DNA from: a virus
Taxonomy: Duplodnaviria; Caudoviricetes
Length of the DNA: 42,712 nucleotides
Virus record (IMG/VR): IMGVR_UViG_3300032277_000013
Span: 1 to 42,712 of that record
Direction: 5' to 3' (one strand)
This document shows, piece after piece, positions 8,249 to 16,983 of the stretch. A program made the position numbers and the translations under genes. The notes beneath the pieces are model-generated. The model was given only the letters and a program-made list of their open reading frames with translations. It was not told the DNA's origin and did no database searches. The first letter of the stretch is position 1, and each line of letters opens with the position of its first letter.

Positions 8249-8445
8249 TGCGAATTTGTGACCATTGCGAAAGAAAAGAAACCGCTATCCAACTGTACCA
8301 AGTAAAAGTTGAGCATGAAGGTAAACACATCGAAAAAAGGTTTTTGGATTTGTGTTCTCGTTGTGAAGACCATTTGCACCATAAAATTATAGAAGCATTA
8401 AATCCCCCACCACAGTCAAAGCCAAAACCAAAGCCAGCCAAATGA
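8248..8445 (+). CDS. small zinc-binding protein
   Basis: CDHC...DLCSRC; coupled to the polymerase gene. Confidence 0.7.
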   Translation: MRICDHCERKETAIQLYQVKVEHEGKHIEKRFLDLCSRCEDHLHHKIIEALNPPPQSKPKPKPAK

Positions 8446-10430
8446 TCATATCTTTAGATACGGAAACAACGGGGTTAGACTTACACCATGGAAGTCGGGT
8501 ATTCATTGTTACGACCTATACGCCAACAGAAAACATAACTTGGGAATGGGAGGTTGATCCATTAACACGAAAGCCCAGAATTCCACGTAAAGACAAACGC
8601 GAAGTAATGGAGTTAATCGGTGATGCTAAAAAGATTAGACTACAGAATTCCAAGTTTGATGTTAGGGCATTACAAGCTACGTTTGGCAATGATTTCAAAT
8701 GGGATTGGTCTAAGGTAGATGATACTTTGATAGCGGGACACTTGTTGCACAGCAGTCAACCGCACGACTTAGCCACTATGTCGTTACTCTATCTGGATAC
8801 AGACATAGCCAAATATGAACAAGTGTTAAAGGATGCTTGCAACAAAGCTCGTACAATCGTCCGTAGAGACTATACCGATTGGCGTATAGCTAAAGCTGGT
8901 TTGCCCGATATGCCAAGCGTTAAAGGTACTGCTTGGAAAAATGATTTGTGGTTGCCTAAAGCCATAGCAGAGAAAGAGGGCTATCCAGAAGATCATCCTT
9001 GGCATACTGTAACTGCAACGTATGCAGATTATGATAGTGCTTCCACATATTACTTGTTCGATAAGATGAAAGCCGAACTAAAAGATAGAGGTCTGTGGAA
9101 ACTATACAAACAACGGGTAAGAATTTTACCTATCGCATACAACATGGAAGAGCGGGGAGTAACACTAAACAAATCTCGATTGGATCAACTAACTAAGGAA
9201 TACATTGAAGAATCAGAAAAAGCTGAAAACACTTGCGTAACTATCGCTAAAGTGTTTGATGCTGATTTGTGGCTACCAAAATCGGGAAACAACAAATCTT
9301 TAACTGATACAGTGTTTAATAAACTAGAACTGCCGGTAATCAAGAAATCTAAAAAGACCGGCAACCCGTCAATGGACAAAGGGGTACTAGAACATTGGGA
9401 AGCAACGCTGCCCCATAGAGACATTCGTTTGAAGTTCGTTAGGGCTTTACGCAGCAAACGCAAACGAGATACAGCCCTAAACTATATGGAAGGGTATGAA
9501 CGCTTTTGGTTTGATGTAGGGAACGGGTATTACAAACTGCAACCCTCAGTAAATCCTACTGGTACTAACACACTGAGGTGGAGCAGCAACAACCCCAACA
9601 GCCAAAACATCAGCAAGCAAGAGGGGTTTAATTTACGTTACTGTTTCGGTCCTGCACCGGGGAGAGAATGGTGGGCGTTAGACTATGATAATCTGGAATT
9701 GCGTATTCCGGCTTATGAATGTCAAGAACCCGCTATGCTAGAGCTATTCGAGAACCCCGATAAGCCACCGTATTACGGTTCTTACCATTTATTAGTGTTC
9801 GATATTCTTCACCCAGAAATGTTTGCGGAACACGGGGTAGACGTTGCTAAGAAATATAAATCCACTTGGTACGGGTGGACTAAAGCTGGCAACTTTGCAG
9901 AACTGTATGGAGCAGTTGAGAGTAGCGGTACTGCTGACTTTGCCTATCATGTTCAAGGAGCACAGAGGATAGTTGCTAAACGCTTAACTGAGAAATCTAA
10001 GCTAAACAAAAGTTATATCAAACACGCAAACGAACATGGATTCGTTTACACAATGCCCGATAAGTCTGTGGACAGTAGTACGGGCTACCCGCTGGAATGC
10101 CCTAGACTTGACCGGGGTAAGATTTCACCCACTGTCCCATTAAACTATCATGTACAGGGAACAGCATGTTGGATTATGGGTCAAGCTATGATGAAAGTGG
10201 ATAGATACCTCAAACGGCTTACAGAGAAAACCGGGCAAGACCATTTCATCACTATGCAGGTCCATGACGAAATCGTATTAGATTTTCCAGCTAGACCTAA
10301 TAAAGCAAACTTACCACGGGTTGAAATGGTGCGGGGACTAATGCAATCAATCGGTAAAGACTTAATTCCCGAAGTTAAACTAACTTGCGGGATCGATCAT
10401 CATCCTAACAACTGGAGTGAAACAGAATGA
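8442..10430 (+). CDS. polA: family A DNA polymerase with 3'-5' exonuclease domain
   Basis: ExoI LDTETTG, ExoII NSKFD, ExoIII YADYD; motif A DYDNLELR, motif B KAGNFAELYG, motif C VHDE. Confidence 0.95.
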   Translation: MIISLDTETTGLDLHHGSRVFIVTTYTPTENITWEWEVDPLTRKPRIPRKDKREVMELIGDAKKIRLQNSKFDVRALQATFGNDFKWDWSKVDDTLIAGHLLHSSQPHDLATMSLLYLDTDIAKYEQVLKDACNKARTIVRRDYTDWRIAKAGLPDMPSVKGTAWKNDLWLPKAIAEKEGYPEDHPWHTVTATYADYDSASTYYLFDKMKAELKDRGLWKLYKQRVRILPIAYNMEERGVTLNKSRLDQLTKEYIEESEKAENTCVTIAKVFDADLWLPKSGNNKSLTDTVFNKLELPVIKKSKKTGNPSMDKGVLEHWEATLPHRDIRLKFVRALRSKRKRDTALNYMEGYERFWFDVGNGYYKLQPSVNPTGTNTLRWSSNNPNSQNISKQEGFNLRYCFGPAPGREWWALDYDNLELRIPAYECQEPAMLELFENPDKPPYYGSYHLLVFDILHPEMFAEHGVDVAKKYKSTWYGWTKAGNFAELYGAVESSGTADFAYHVQGAQRIVAKRLTEKSKLNKSYIKHANEHGFVYTMPDKSVDSSTGYPLECPRLDRGKISPTVPLNYHVQGTACWIMGQAMMKVDRYLKRLTEKTGQDHFITMQVHDEIVLDFPARPNKANLPRVEMVRGLMQSIGKDLIPEVKLTCGIDHHPNNWSETE

Positions 10431-11290
10431 ATGATTCAACTACGAAACCAAGATTAAATAAGGAGTACGCTGTTTTACAAACGGCGACTATAGACGTGAA
10501 AATTTTAAGGTTAGCTAAAAAACAAGTCACTATGTCCGTGTTCAGACAATTAGAAATCAAGTGTCCTTTCTTACCGATTGAAGCAGAAACGTCGGATTGT
10601 GTTGAACTTAGAGGACAAGTGTGGGGTAGGGTTAAATATGTTTGGAAAGATAGTCCAGGTTGGGCTGACCAATATCTAGTATGGCAAATGGGAAACACTC
10701 TGTACACTTGGCCGTTAGGAGAATGCGATGGTGGTCCTTCCTACCTTTTTATAGAGGACCTAAAGTCTTATATAGGTTTGGACGAATTGAAAAGCACTTT
10801 TATGTGGTTTCTGGATGGAGAAGACCTGAAGAATAACATACGGAAATCTGGGGAAGAGATCGTTAGATGGTTAAAAGAAAATGAAGACTTATATGAGAAG
10901 GCAGTTGAGGAACTGGATGTTGAACGAGAGAAGGATAAAGAATATAAGTATTTTGAGGGTCCTGAAGAATCAAATTATGGATGTCTTACGGATTATGGCT
11001 ATGACGATGACGGTGATGAAACTGTGATAGATGATAAACATGAACATCTGCTGGAGGTAAACGATGTATGTTTCGACTTTCAAAATAAATTTGAGGACCT
11101 TGTAAGGTGGTCCTCTGATATTGGATTTATTCCCGATAACAACCATTGGGCAGGTACTCCAGAAGAACTGTTAAATAAGGCTGCCGAATTTGCATACATT
11201 AACGAACTCAGAAAAAGACACCTAAAATCCTCTTTTAACGAATTATGTTGTCAATTACTGTTGTCTGATCATTTATTTATTTCAGCTTAA
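10427..11290 (+). CDS. hypothetical acidic protein
   Basis: 287-aa ORF coupled to polA; no recognised motif. Confidence 0.7.
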   Translation: MNDSTTKPRLNKEYAVLQTATIDVKILRLAKKQVTMSVFRQLEIKCPFLPIEAETSDCVELRGQVWGRVKYVWKDSPGWADQYLVWQMGNTLYTWPLGECDGGPSYLFIEDLKSYIGLDELKSTFMWFLDGEDLKNNIRKSGEEIVRWLKENEDLYEKAVEELDVEREKDKEYKYFEGPEESNYGCLTDYGYDDDGDETVIDDKHEHLLEVNDVCFDFQNKFEDLVRWSSDIGFIPDNNHWAGTPEELLNKAAEFAYINELRKRHLKSSFNELCCQLLLSDHLFISA

Positions 11291-11301
11291 GGAAGATTGA
11301 A

Positions 11302-11571
11302 ATGAGAGAATCGGAAAAAAGAGTATGGGCATTCAAAGCAACATTTGTTTACATCAGCTTGCGATACGAAATAGGAATCGATGGTTGGCTGGCAGAAGGG
11401 TTGATTCCTAAAGTTAGAAAACATTTGAGGCAGATGGGACTAATGGTTCTTATCTCTGATGAGGAACTACAATTACAGTTTGTAAACATGCGTAAGTCCG
11501 GCAAGTTCAGGGATTGTACTGTGTTAGGCGGTCCTAAAGCTAAACTAGGTTCTAGAGGAGGTGCGGTATGA
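11302..11571 (+). CDS. hypothetical protein
   Basis: AAGGA SD, ATGA overlap with next gene. Confidence 0.65.
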   Translation: MRESEKRVWAFKATFVYISLRYEIGIDGWLAEGLIPKVRKHLRQMGLMVLISDEELQLQFVNMRKSGKFRDCTVLGGPKAKLGSRGGAV

Positions 11572-12422
11572 AAATCAGTAAGGTTATCAAACTGCCAGCA
11601 CAGCAACGATTGTTATATTGGATTAAAGAACGTGAAAGCATACGCCAAGCAAGAAAGAAGAAACTACCAAGACCGTGGACCGATGATGAAATCCTTAATG
11701 AGTTTCGATTCTGCAATGTTCGTAGAATGGATGACAAAGTTTCTAAGTGGATTTTGAAACATTGGTACAAACCAAACTACAATCACAAAAACGCTTTGAT
11801 AGCTTGTATCATTGCTCGCCATTTCAATAAACCTAGCACGTTAGAAGCACTTGGTTTTCCAACCACATGGCAACCCCGTAAATACAAACGTGTACTAGCT
11901 TCTATAGCCGCAAGTGATGTTCCAATCTTTAACGGTGCTTACATCATTACGGGCAAGAACAGCAACAGCCCAAATAAGTATTCCACTGTTATTGACGAAA
12001 CAACTCAGCAATTTATTGACGATCCGCCAGAGTTAAACACCGACAGCATGGAAGATTGTGTAAACGCTTTGCTACCATATACGCACATCGGCACGTTTAT
12101 GGCGGGACAGATCATTTCGGATTTACGATGGGCTATGAAAGGCAAATGGAAAGACGCTAAGACGTGGGCTCCTATTGGTCCTGGTTCACGTAGGGGCATG
12201 AACAGACTACTAGGGCGGAAAGTTGATGCCGGGTTGAACCAGGAACAGTTTATAACAGAACTGGAAACTATGATGGGGGATTGCAGTATTCTTTTAGACT
12301 CTAAAATTTCTAAACGTCTTGAAGCTATCGATTACCAAAACTGCTTATGCGAATTCGACAAATACACTCGCGTCCTTCTGGGAGAAGGTAGGGCTAAACA
12401 GAAATACAAGGAGGCGGTCTAA
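11568..12422 (+). CDS. alpha-glutamyl/putrescinyl thymine pyrophosphorylase clade 1 (aGPT-Pplase1, DNA base hypermodification transferase)
   Basis: WIKERE...PWTDDEIL..FRFCNVRR.DD, FNGAY, HhH-like IGTFMAGQIISDL, GPGSRRG, QNCLCEFDKY. Confidence 0.88.
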   Translation: MKISKVIKLPAQQRLLYWIKERESIRQARKKKLPRPWTDDEILNEFRFCNVRRMDDKVSKWILKHWYKPNYNHKNALIACIIARHFNKPSTLEALGFPTTWQPRKYKRVLASIAASDVPIFNGAYIITGKNSNSPNKYSTVIDETTQQFIDDPPELNTDSMEDCVNALLPYTHIGTFMAGQIISDLRWAMKGKWKDAKTWAPIGPGSRRGMNRLLGRKVDAGLNQEQFITELETMMGDCSILLDSKISKRLEAIDYQNCLCEFDKYTRVLLGEGRAKQKYKEAV

Positions 12423-13246
12423 TGGTCAAAGCAAAAGTTTACATTCCTACATTAGGTAGGGTAGGGCTTAACAAACAAATCACATTGCAACAATTCTTGA
12501 ACCACTCTAAACATATTCCCACATTGGTGTGTCCTAAAGACGAAGTTAAACACCATAAAAAATATCACGATAGGGTTTTAGGTTGCCCTAAGAAAGGAAT
12601 CGGTAAAACCCGACAATGGATACTAGAAAAATCAAAAGCAGATATTGTAATAATGTCCGATGATGATATGCGGTTCCAGTATCGCCCAGACATTACAAAG
12701 CCCAAGCTGCAAGAGTATCCAAACTTAAACAAGTTACTAAGACTGATTAAAGAATGTGTTGCAGCGGGGTTCATCCATGGTGGCGTAGGCGATAGAAACG
12801 GCAACAACCGCTTAGATGGTTCTTCCCCCAGAAAAGGGGTTATGGAATACGGTGGTTTGTTTGTTGATTGTATCAGAGTCAATAACTTTCATTATCTAGA
12901 TCGATTGTTTGTATTAGATTCAGGGAATCGATTTGATCAACTGCCGGTTATGGAAGATTTTCATTTTACACTCAGCATGTTACTAGACGGGTATCCAAAT
13001 CGTGTAATCCAAAACTATGTATGGAGACAAAATGCTAGCGGTGATAGTGGGGGGTGCAGTACCTATCGCACGCCAGAAGTACAAGCAAAAGGAGCCATCG
13101 GGTTGCACAAAGCATTTCCTGACTTTGTAACCGTGGTTGATAAAGAAACTAAAAGCACTAGCAACTATTGGCAAGGAATGAAGACTCGTAAAGACGTTAG
13201 AGTCCAATGGTTACAAGCCGCAAGAAAAGGAGGAGCAGCTAAATGA
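12422..13246 (+). CDS. GT-A glycosyltransferase, TAGT/base-J glucosyltransferase-like (1)
   Basis: VYIPTLGR, GIGKTRQWI, MSDDD, MEDFHFTL, SGGCSTYR. Confidence 0.82.
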   Translation: MVKAKVYIPTLGRVGLNKQITLQQFLNHSKHIPTLVCPKDEVKHHKKYHDRVLGCPKKGIGKTRQWILEKSKADIVIMSDDDMRFQYRPDITKPKLQEYPNLNKLLRLIKECVAAGFIHGGVGDRNGNNRLDGSSPRKGVMEYGGLFVDCIRVNNFHYLDRLFVLDSGNRFDQLPVMEDFHFTLSMLLDGYPNRVIQNYVWRQNASGDSGGCSTYRTPEVQAKGAIGLHKAFPDFVTVVDKETKSTSNYWQGMKTRKDVRVQWLQAARKGGAAK

Positions 13247-14073
13247 TTGCCTACATACCTACTAGAGGAACAGCCCGGCTACGTTCACATTTACTAGCAG
13301 ACAAGTTAGGGTTGGATTTTGTGCTAGTTTGCGATACCGCTAACCAGAAACGTCATATCCATAAAGACTACAAAGTTCCTAACTCTAATATCAAAATTTG
13401 TGCGGGGGCTACTGGTCCACCAACTGGAGCAGCTTATAAACGGGATTACATTTCTCGTAAGCTGGCAGCTAAGGGAAAATGGATGTTGTGGCTAGATGAC
13501 AATCTTCAATATTTAACTTGTCTTAATCCTAAACTCAGTAGTGACAAATTAGACTTTGAAGACAAGTCGGTAAATTGGCGTGAAGAATTCAAAAACATGG
13601 CTACCAAAAAACAAGTATGGAAATACCTTAATGAAACCATGGATTACGCTGACGAACTAGGCACGATCAATGCGGGATTCTCAGGAGAAGAGAATTATTT
13701 CTTTCGGGCAAATAAGTGGGCGTTATGGACATACGTTAGAACTCAATTTTCTCTTTACAAAAATGATAAAAGCCTATGGCTTCCTAAAAAATTTATCATG
13801 CTTGAAGATATGTATAAATCCATTGACGTGGTAGCACGGTATGGACACGCTATCGTCAATAGGCATTTGAAACCTATGAAAACCCCCTTTGAAGAAGGTG
13901 GGATTGGAAGTCTTGAATACCGTCTTCCTTACCTAAGACAAAATTGTAAATGGTTTATGCAAGAGTATCCTGGTCTTTTATCTTATCTAAAAGGTAGGGA
14001 TTACCATGTTACGTTTGCAAAACGATCCCAAAAATCAATAACGGCTTGGAGAAAGGAAAACGGTTATGTCTAA
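13243..14073 (+). CDS. GT-A glycosyltransferase, TAGT-like (2)
   Basis: YIPTRG, AAYKRDYI, WLDDN, LEDMY, EGGIG: same motif order as the upstream gene but divergent. Confidence 0.75.
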   Translation: MIAYIPTRGTARLRSHLLADKLGLDFVLVCDTANQKRHIHKDYKVPNSNIKICAGATGPPTGAAYKRDYISRKLAAKGKWMLWLDDNLQYLTCLNPKLSSDKLDFEDKSVNWREEFKNMATKKQVWKYLNETMDYADELGTINAGFSGEENYFFRANKWALWTYVRTQFSLYKNDKSLWLPKKFIMLEDMYKSIDVVARYGHAIVNRHLKPMKTPFEEGGIGSLEYRLPYLRQNCKWFMQEYPGLLSYLKGRDYHVTFAKRSQKSITAWRKENGYV

Positions 14074-15028
14074 TCAAAAACAGGACCCACCGTTTGCTAT
14101 GCAGATAGAGTTGTCAGAGGGATGCAATCTGCGTTGTAGCTTTTGCGGGTTGAATGCTATTCGTGGAAAGCAGAACAATTACAAATTCCTAACAGTCGGG
14201 CTAGCTAAAACAATAGCCAACCGTATTAAAGAATCAGGTTGGAACCCGCGATTAGAATTTGCTATGCACGGTGAACCGTCAGCTAATCCAAACATGCTAA
14301 GAATCCTTAAGGTGTTCAGAAAGAGACTACCAAAAACATCCATGATGATGACAAGCAACGGATTGGCGTTCGCTAAAGATGTGGGGTTGATCGACAAAGC
14401 ACTGCAACACCTAAACGTCCTTGCCCTAGATAACTACCAGGGAATCAAGCTGGTCCCCAAGATTCTGAAAGCCTACCGTGGCGAACACACCCCAATTTAC
14501 TACCCAGAAAATTCTGAGGGTAACCCCCACAAACGTAGAAAGCTTAAGGAACGGTTGCTGGTGGTAGTTGCCGATATTGCCGAAGCAAGTAAAGGAACGC
14601 ACTCAACCCTCAATAATCATGCGGGCAGTGGGGGACCGCCAAACGATAACGCTACTGGTTGTAAGTGTGCCAAACCGTTTAGGGAAATGAGTATTCGGTG
14701 GGATGGCAACGTGGCAATTTGCTGTAACGATTGGCAAGGGGTTTACGGTTGCGGCAACGTACAACGTAGCTCACTAGGCGAGATATGGGACGGTGTGGCG
14801 TTCAGAGTAGCTAGGCGTAAGCTTTACCATGGACAACGTGACTTTGGCCCGTGTAAGGGCTGTGATGCGGTCAGCTATCGGGTGGGGCTGCTGCCCGACA
14901 AAATGGGCAAGCAAGAATTGCCCAAAGTCAGTAAGGCGGGTAGGGCTGTAATCAAGAGCATAGCAGCCAAGCAGCCCTACACAGCACGGGTAGCTAGACC
15001 GTGGGATGCCCCCAAATCGACAGAATAG
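14066..15028 (+). CDS. radical SAM enzyme with SPASM/twitch auxiliary Fe-S domain
   Basis: CNLRCSFC, HGEP, TSNG; C-terminal CAKPF...GNVAICCND...GNV...PCKGC. Confidence 0.92.
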   Translation: MSNQKQDPPFAMQIELSEGCNLRCSFCGLNAIRGKQNNYKFLTVGLAKTIANRIKESGWNPRLEFAMHGEPSANPNMLRILKVFRKRLPKTSMMMTSNGLAFAKDVGLIDKALQHLNVLALDNYQGIKLVPKILKAYRGEHTPIYYPENSEGNPHKRRKLKERLLVVVADIAEASKGTHSTLNNHAGSGGPPNDNATGCKCAKPFREMSIRWDGNVAICCNDWQGVYGCGNVQRSSLGEIWDGVAFRVARRKLYHGQRDFGPCKGCDAVSYRVGLLPDKMGKQELPKVSKAGRAVIKSIAAKQPYTARVARPWDAPKSTE

Positions 15029-15122
15029 CCCTTTTAACGCTAGCTGCTGTTTGTCGGGTGGTATTAGAGGGTTGAACCCGTGAAGGGGCTTAGAGGGCGT
15101 TTGTGGGCGTTCTGTAGGTGCG
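15008..15122. repeat. copy A of ~115-bp phased quasi-palindromic element
   Basis: Shares AATCGACA.AA.AGCCC, CGGGTGGTA.TAG.GGG, AACCC, TGAA and CTTAGAGGG..CGTTT blocks with 22419-22536. Confidence 0.7.
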
Positions 15123-15123
15123 T

Positions 15124-15154
15124 AAAAAAACCCCCCACCGGTTAAGGCGGGGGG
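15124..15154 (-). terminator. intrinsic terminator of the inverted cassette
   Basis: Minus strand CCCCCCGCC-TTAACC-GGTGGGGGG followed by T7. Confidence 0.85.
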
Positions 15155-15176
15155 TGTGGTACAATGGTTGACCAGT

Positions 15177-15659
15177 TTACTTTTGCTTTTTGAGAACAGT
15201 TTTCAAATCAACTTTGGAACCCTTAGCAGTCAGGTAGAAAGAGTATCCCCGAACGTCTTCAATTTCAGCCAAGCCAATCAATCCGGCTGCTTTGGCGTGA
15301 TAGCCGTAGTGTCGCACATCCTTCGTAGTGACGTTTGCTTTTGCGGCAACAGCTTTCGTGCCAGCAGCCGAAGTTGCTGAAGTTGCTTTCAACCCTTTGA
15401 GGGCTTTGAAAATTGCAACTTTTTTAGCGTTCCATTTTAGATCGTGAGAACGAACAGTGCCGGTGATTTTCTCGCCTTCCTTTTTCTTAGCGGGTTTGGT
15501 AGATTTCTTAGCAGCGGGCTTTTTAGCTTTCTTAGCTGCCGGTTTGGTAGTCTTCTTGGCAGCGGGTTTTCTGGTGGTTTTCTTTGCAGTCGCTTTTTTG
15601 GCGGTTGCGGGCTTGGTGGCGGTTTTCTTGGCGGTGGTCTTTTTGGCCGTGGTAGTCAT
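15177..15659 (-). CDS. histone H1-like Lys/Ala-rich protein with C-terminal winged helix
   Basis: AKK/KPAAKK repeats over ~60 aa, then helical domain ending GLI...YSFYLTAKG; AGGAG SD, own promoter and terminator. Confidence 0.82.
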   Translation of the reverse strand: MTTTAKKTTAKKTATKPATAKKATAKKTTRKPAAKKTTKPAAKKAKKPAAKKSTKPAKKKEGEKITGTVRSHDLKWNAKKVAIFKALKGLKATSATSAAGTKAVAAKANVTTKDVRHYGYHAKAAGLIGLAEIEDVRGYSFYLTAKGSKVDLKTVLKKQK

Positions 15660-15722
15660 AACTCAAATCTCCTAGTAAAAAAGTGGTAAAGTGTGGCGTT
15701 CCCCGTTGAACGCTACAGTTGA

Positions 15723-15751
15723 AGTTTAGTCTTCCGGTTTTCAGTTTGCAA
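15723..15751 (-). promoter_or_regulatory. sigma70-type promoter for histone-like gene
   Basis: Minus strand TTGCAA-N17-TAAACT. Confidence 0.65.
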
Positions 15752-15770
15752 GCTTCAAAGGATCAGAATT

Positions 15771-16250
15771 TTAGTTTTTAACCATGCGGGGGGTTTTGGG
15801 TTTGCCCGTTTTACTGGACCAATTCACACTATATTTTTCAGGGAAAAGATAGGTGACATTTTGACCGTCTTTATGGAATTCGGTAGTAAACTGGTTCCAA
15901 TCTCTACGATTTTCAACAGCCGTAAACCCGTCAGCTAAAACGTAACTGATGGAAACCAATTTGTTACGGAAGTGTTTGCCTTGATCAACATAGTTTTTAA
16001 TAATGCGAATAACGTCTAAAGTTGTCGCAACCGGTGCAATAGTGTATCGGTCGTCCACCATCTCACCATTAACCAAAGTCATCATAATTCCGTTACGATT
16101 ATCAAAAGACATATCAAGAATAATTCGAGCGGTCGAGAAATTTCCACCAGCCGTATCGTGGTGAATGGATTCAACAACACCAGAAAATGCCCAAGTGTTG
16201 ATTCCGTTTGAATAAGTGCCCTCTAAGTGTTGGCCGTTTTGAATTTTCAT
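15771..16250 (-). CDS. hypothetical protein
   Basis: 159-aa ORF downstream of a strong promoter; no recognised motif. Confidence 0.7.
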   Translation of the reverse strand: MKIQNGQHLEGTYSNGINTWAFSGVVESIHHDTAGGNFSTARIILDMSFDNRNGIMMTLVNGEMVDDRYTIAPVATTLDVIRIIKNYVDQGKHFRNKLVSISYVLADGFTAVENRRDWNQFTTEFHKDGQNVTYLFPEKYSVNWSSKTGKPKTPRMVKN

Positions 16251-16305
16251 CGTTTCGCTTTCATGTGGTGGGTTGTGTTGTGTGTGCTGCGTTTCGTCTA
16301 AGGGA

Positions 16306-16334
16306 AGTATCGACTATGCTCCACAGAATGTCAA
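16306..16334 (-). promoter_or_regulatory. sigma70-type promoter of inverted cassette
   Basis: Minus strand TTGACA-N17-GATACT. Confidence 0.7.
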
Positions 16335-16416
16335 ACCCAATTGGCCCGAAATGGGAAGAATCTTTCAAAGTAATTGGTCACATACCAAAAAGGACTAGAA
16401 ATGGAGCGTTAAACTG

Positions 16417-16983
16417 ATGCAAATAATTTTGGATATGGATGAGGTTTTAGTCGATTTTGTGGGTGGTGTAGCCAAATTGTACGACACAACCCGTGAAGCA
16501 GTGAGAGAAAAACAGACACCGGGGGTGTGGGACATTGCCCACACTTTCGACGTTTCAGCCCCTACGCTTTACCGCAACGTCTACAAAGTGGGGTTGGGAT
16601 TTTGGCTGAAGCTAGAACCACTGCCATGGATCGACGAATTGATCGAACTGGTGGAGCAGTTTGATCCCGATTGGCAGATTGCCACTAGCCCGAACAGAGC
16701 AGCCGACAGCTACTTTGGAAAAGCTTGCTGGTTGAAGAACTACTTTGGAACCGACTTTGATCGGTTTGTAATCACACCACACAAACATCTATTCGCAAAG
16801 GAGGGGACCGTACTGATAGACGATAAGGAAGAGAATGTACAGAAATTCAAAGCAGCAGGCGGTAGAGGTATTGTATTTCCTACAAAGGGAAACTGCTGCC
16901 ACCACATTGAAGAACCTTTAGAGTTTGTTCGGGGATCACTGTTAGCAATCAAACAGTTTGAGGAGTATAACAATGCACGGTAG
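16417..16983 (+). CDS. HAD-family 5'(3')-deoxyribonucleotidase (NT5C-like)
   Basis: ILDMDEVLVDF, FWLKLEPLPW, ATSP, K, LIDD motifs. Confidence 0.88.
   Translation: MQIILDMDEVLVDFVGGVAKLYDTTREAVREKQTPGVWDIAHTFDVSAPTLYRNVYKVGLGFWLKLEPLPWIDELIELVEQFDPDWQIATSPNRAADSYFGKACWLKNYFGTDFDRFVITPHKHLFAKEGTVLIDDKEENVQKFKAAGGRGIVFPTKGNCCHHIEEPLEFVRGSLLAIKQFEEYNNAR

Noticed and set aside
15444-15689. Hydrophobic + strand ORFs that look like membrane proteins
   Set aside because: Antisense shadow of the AKK repeats in the histone-like gene.
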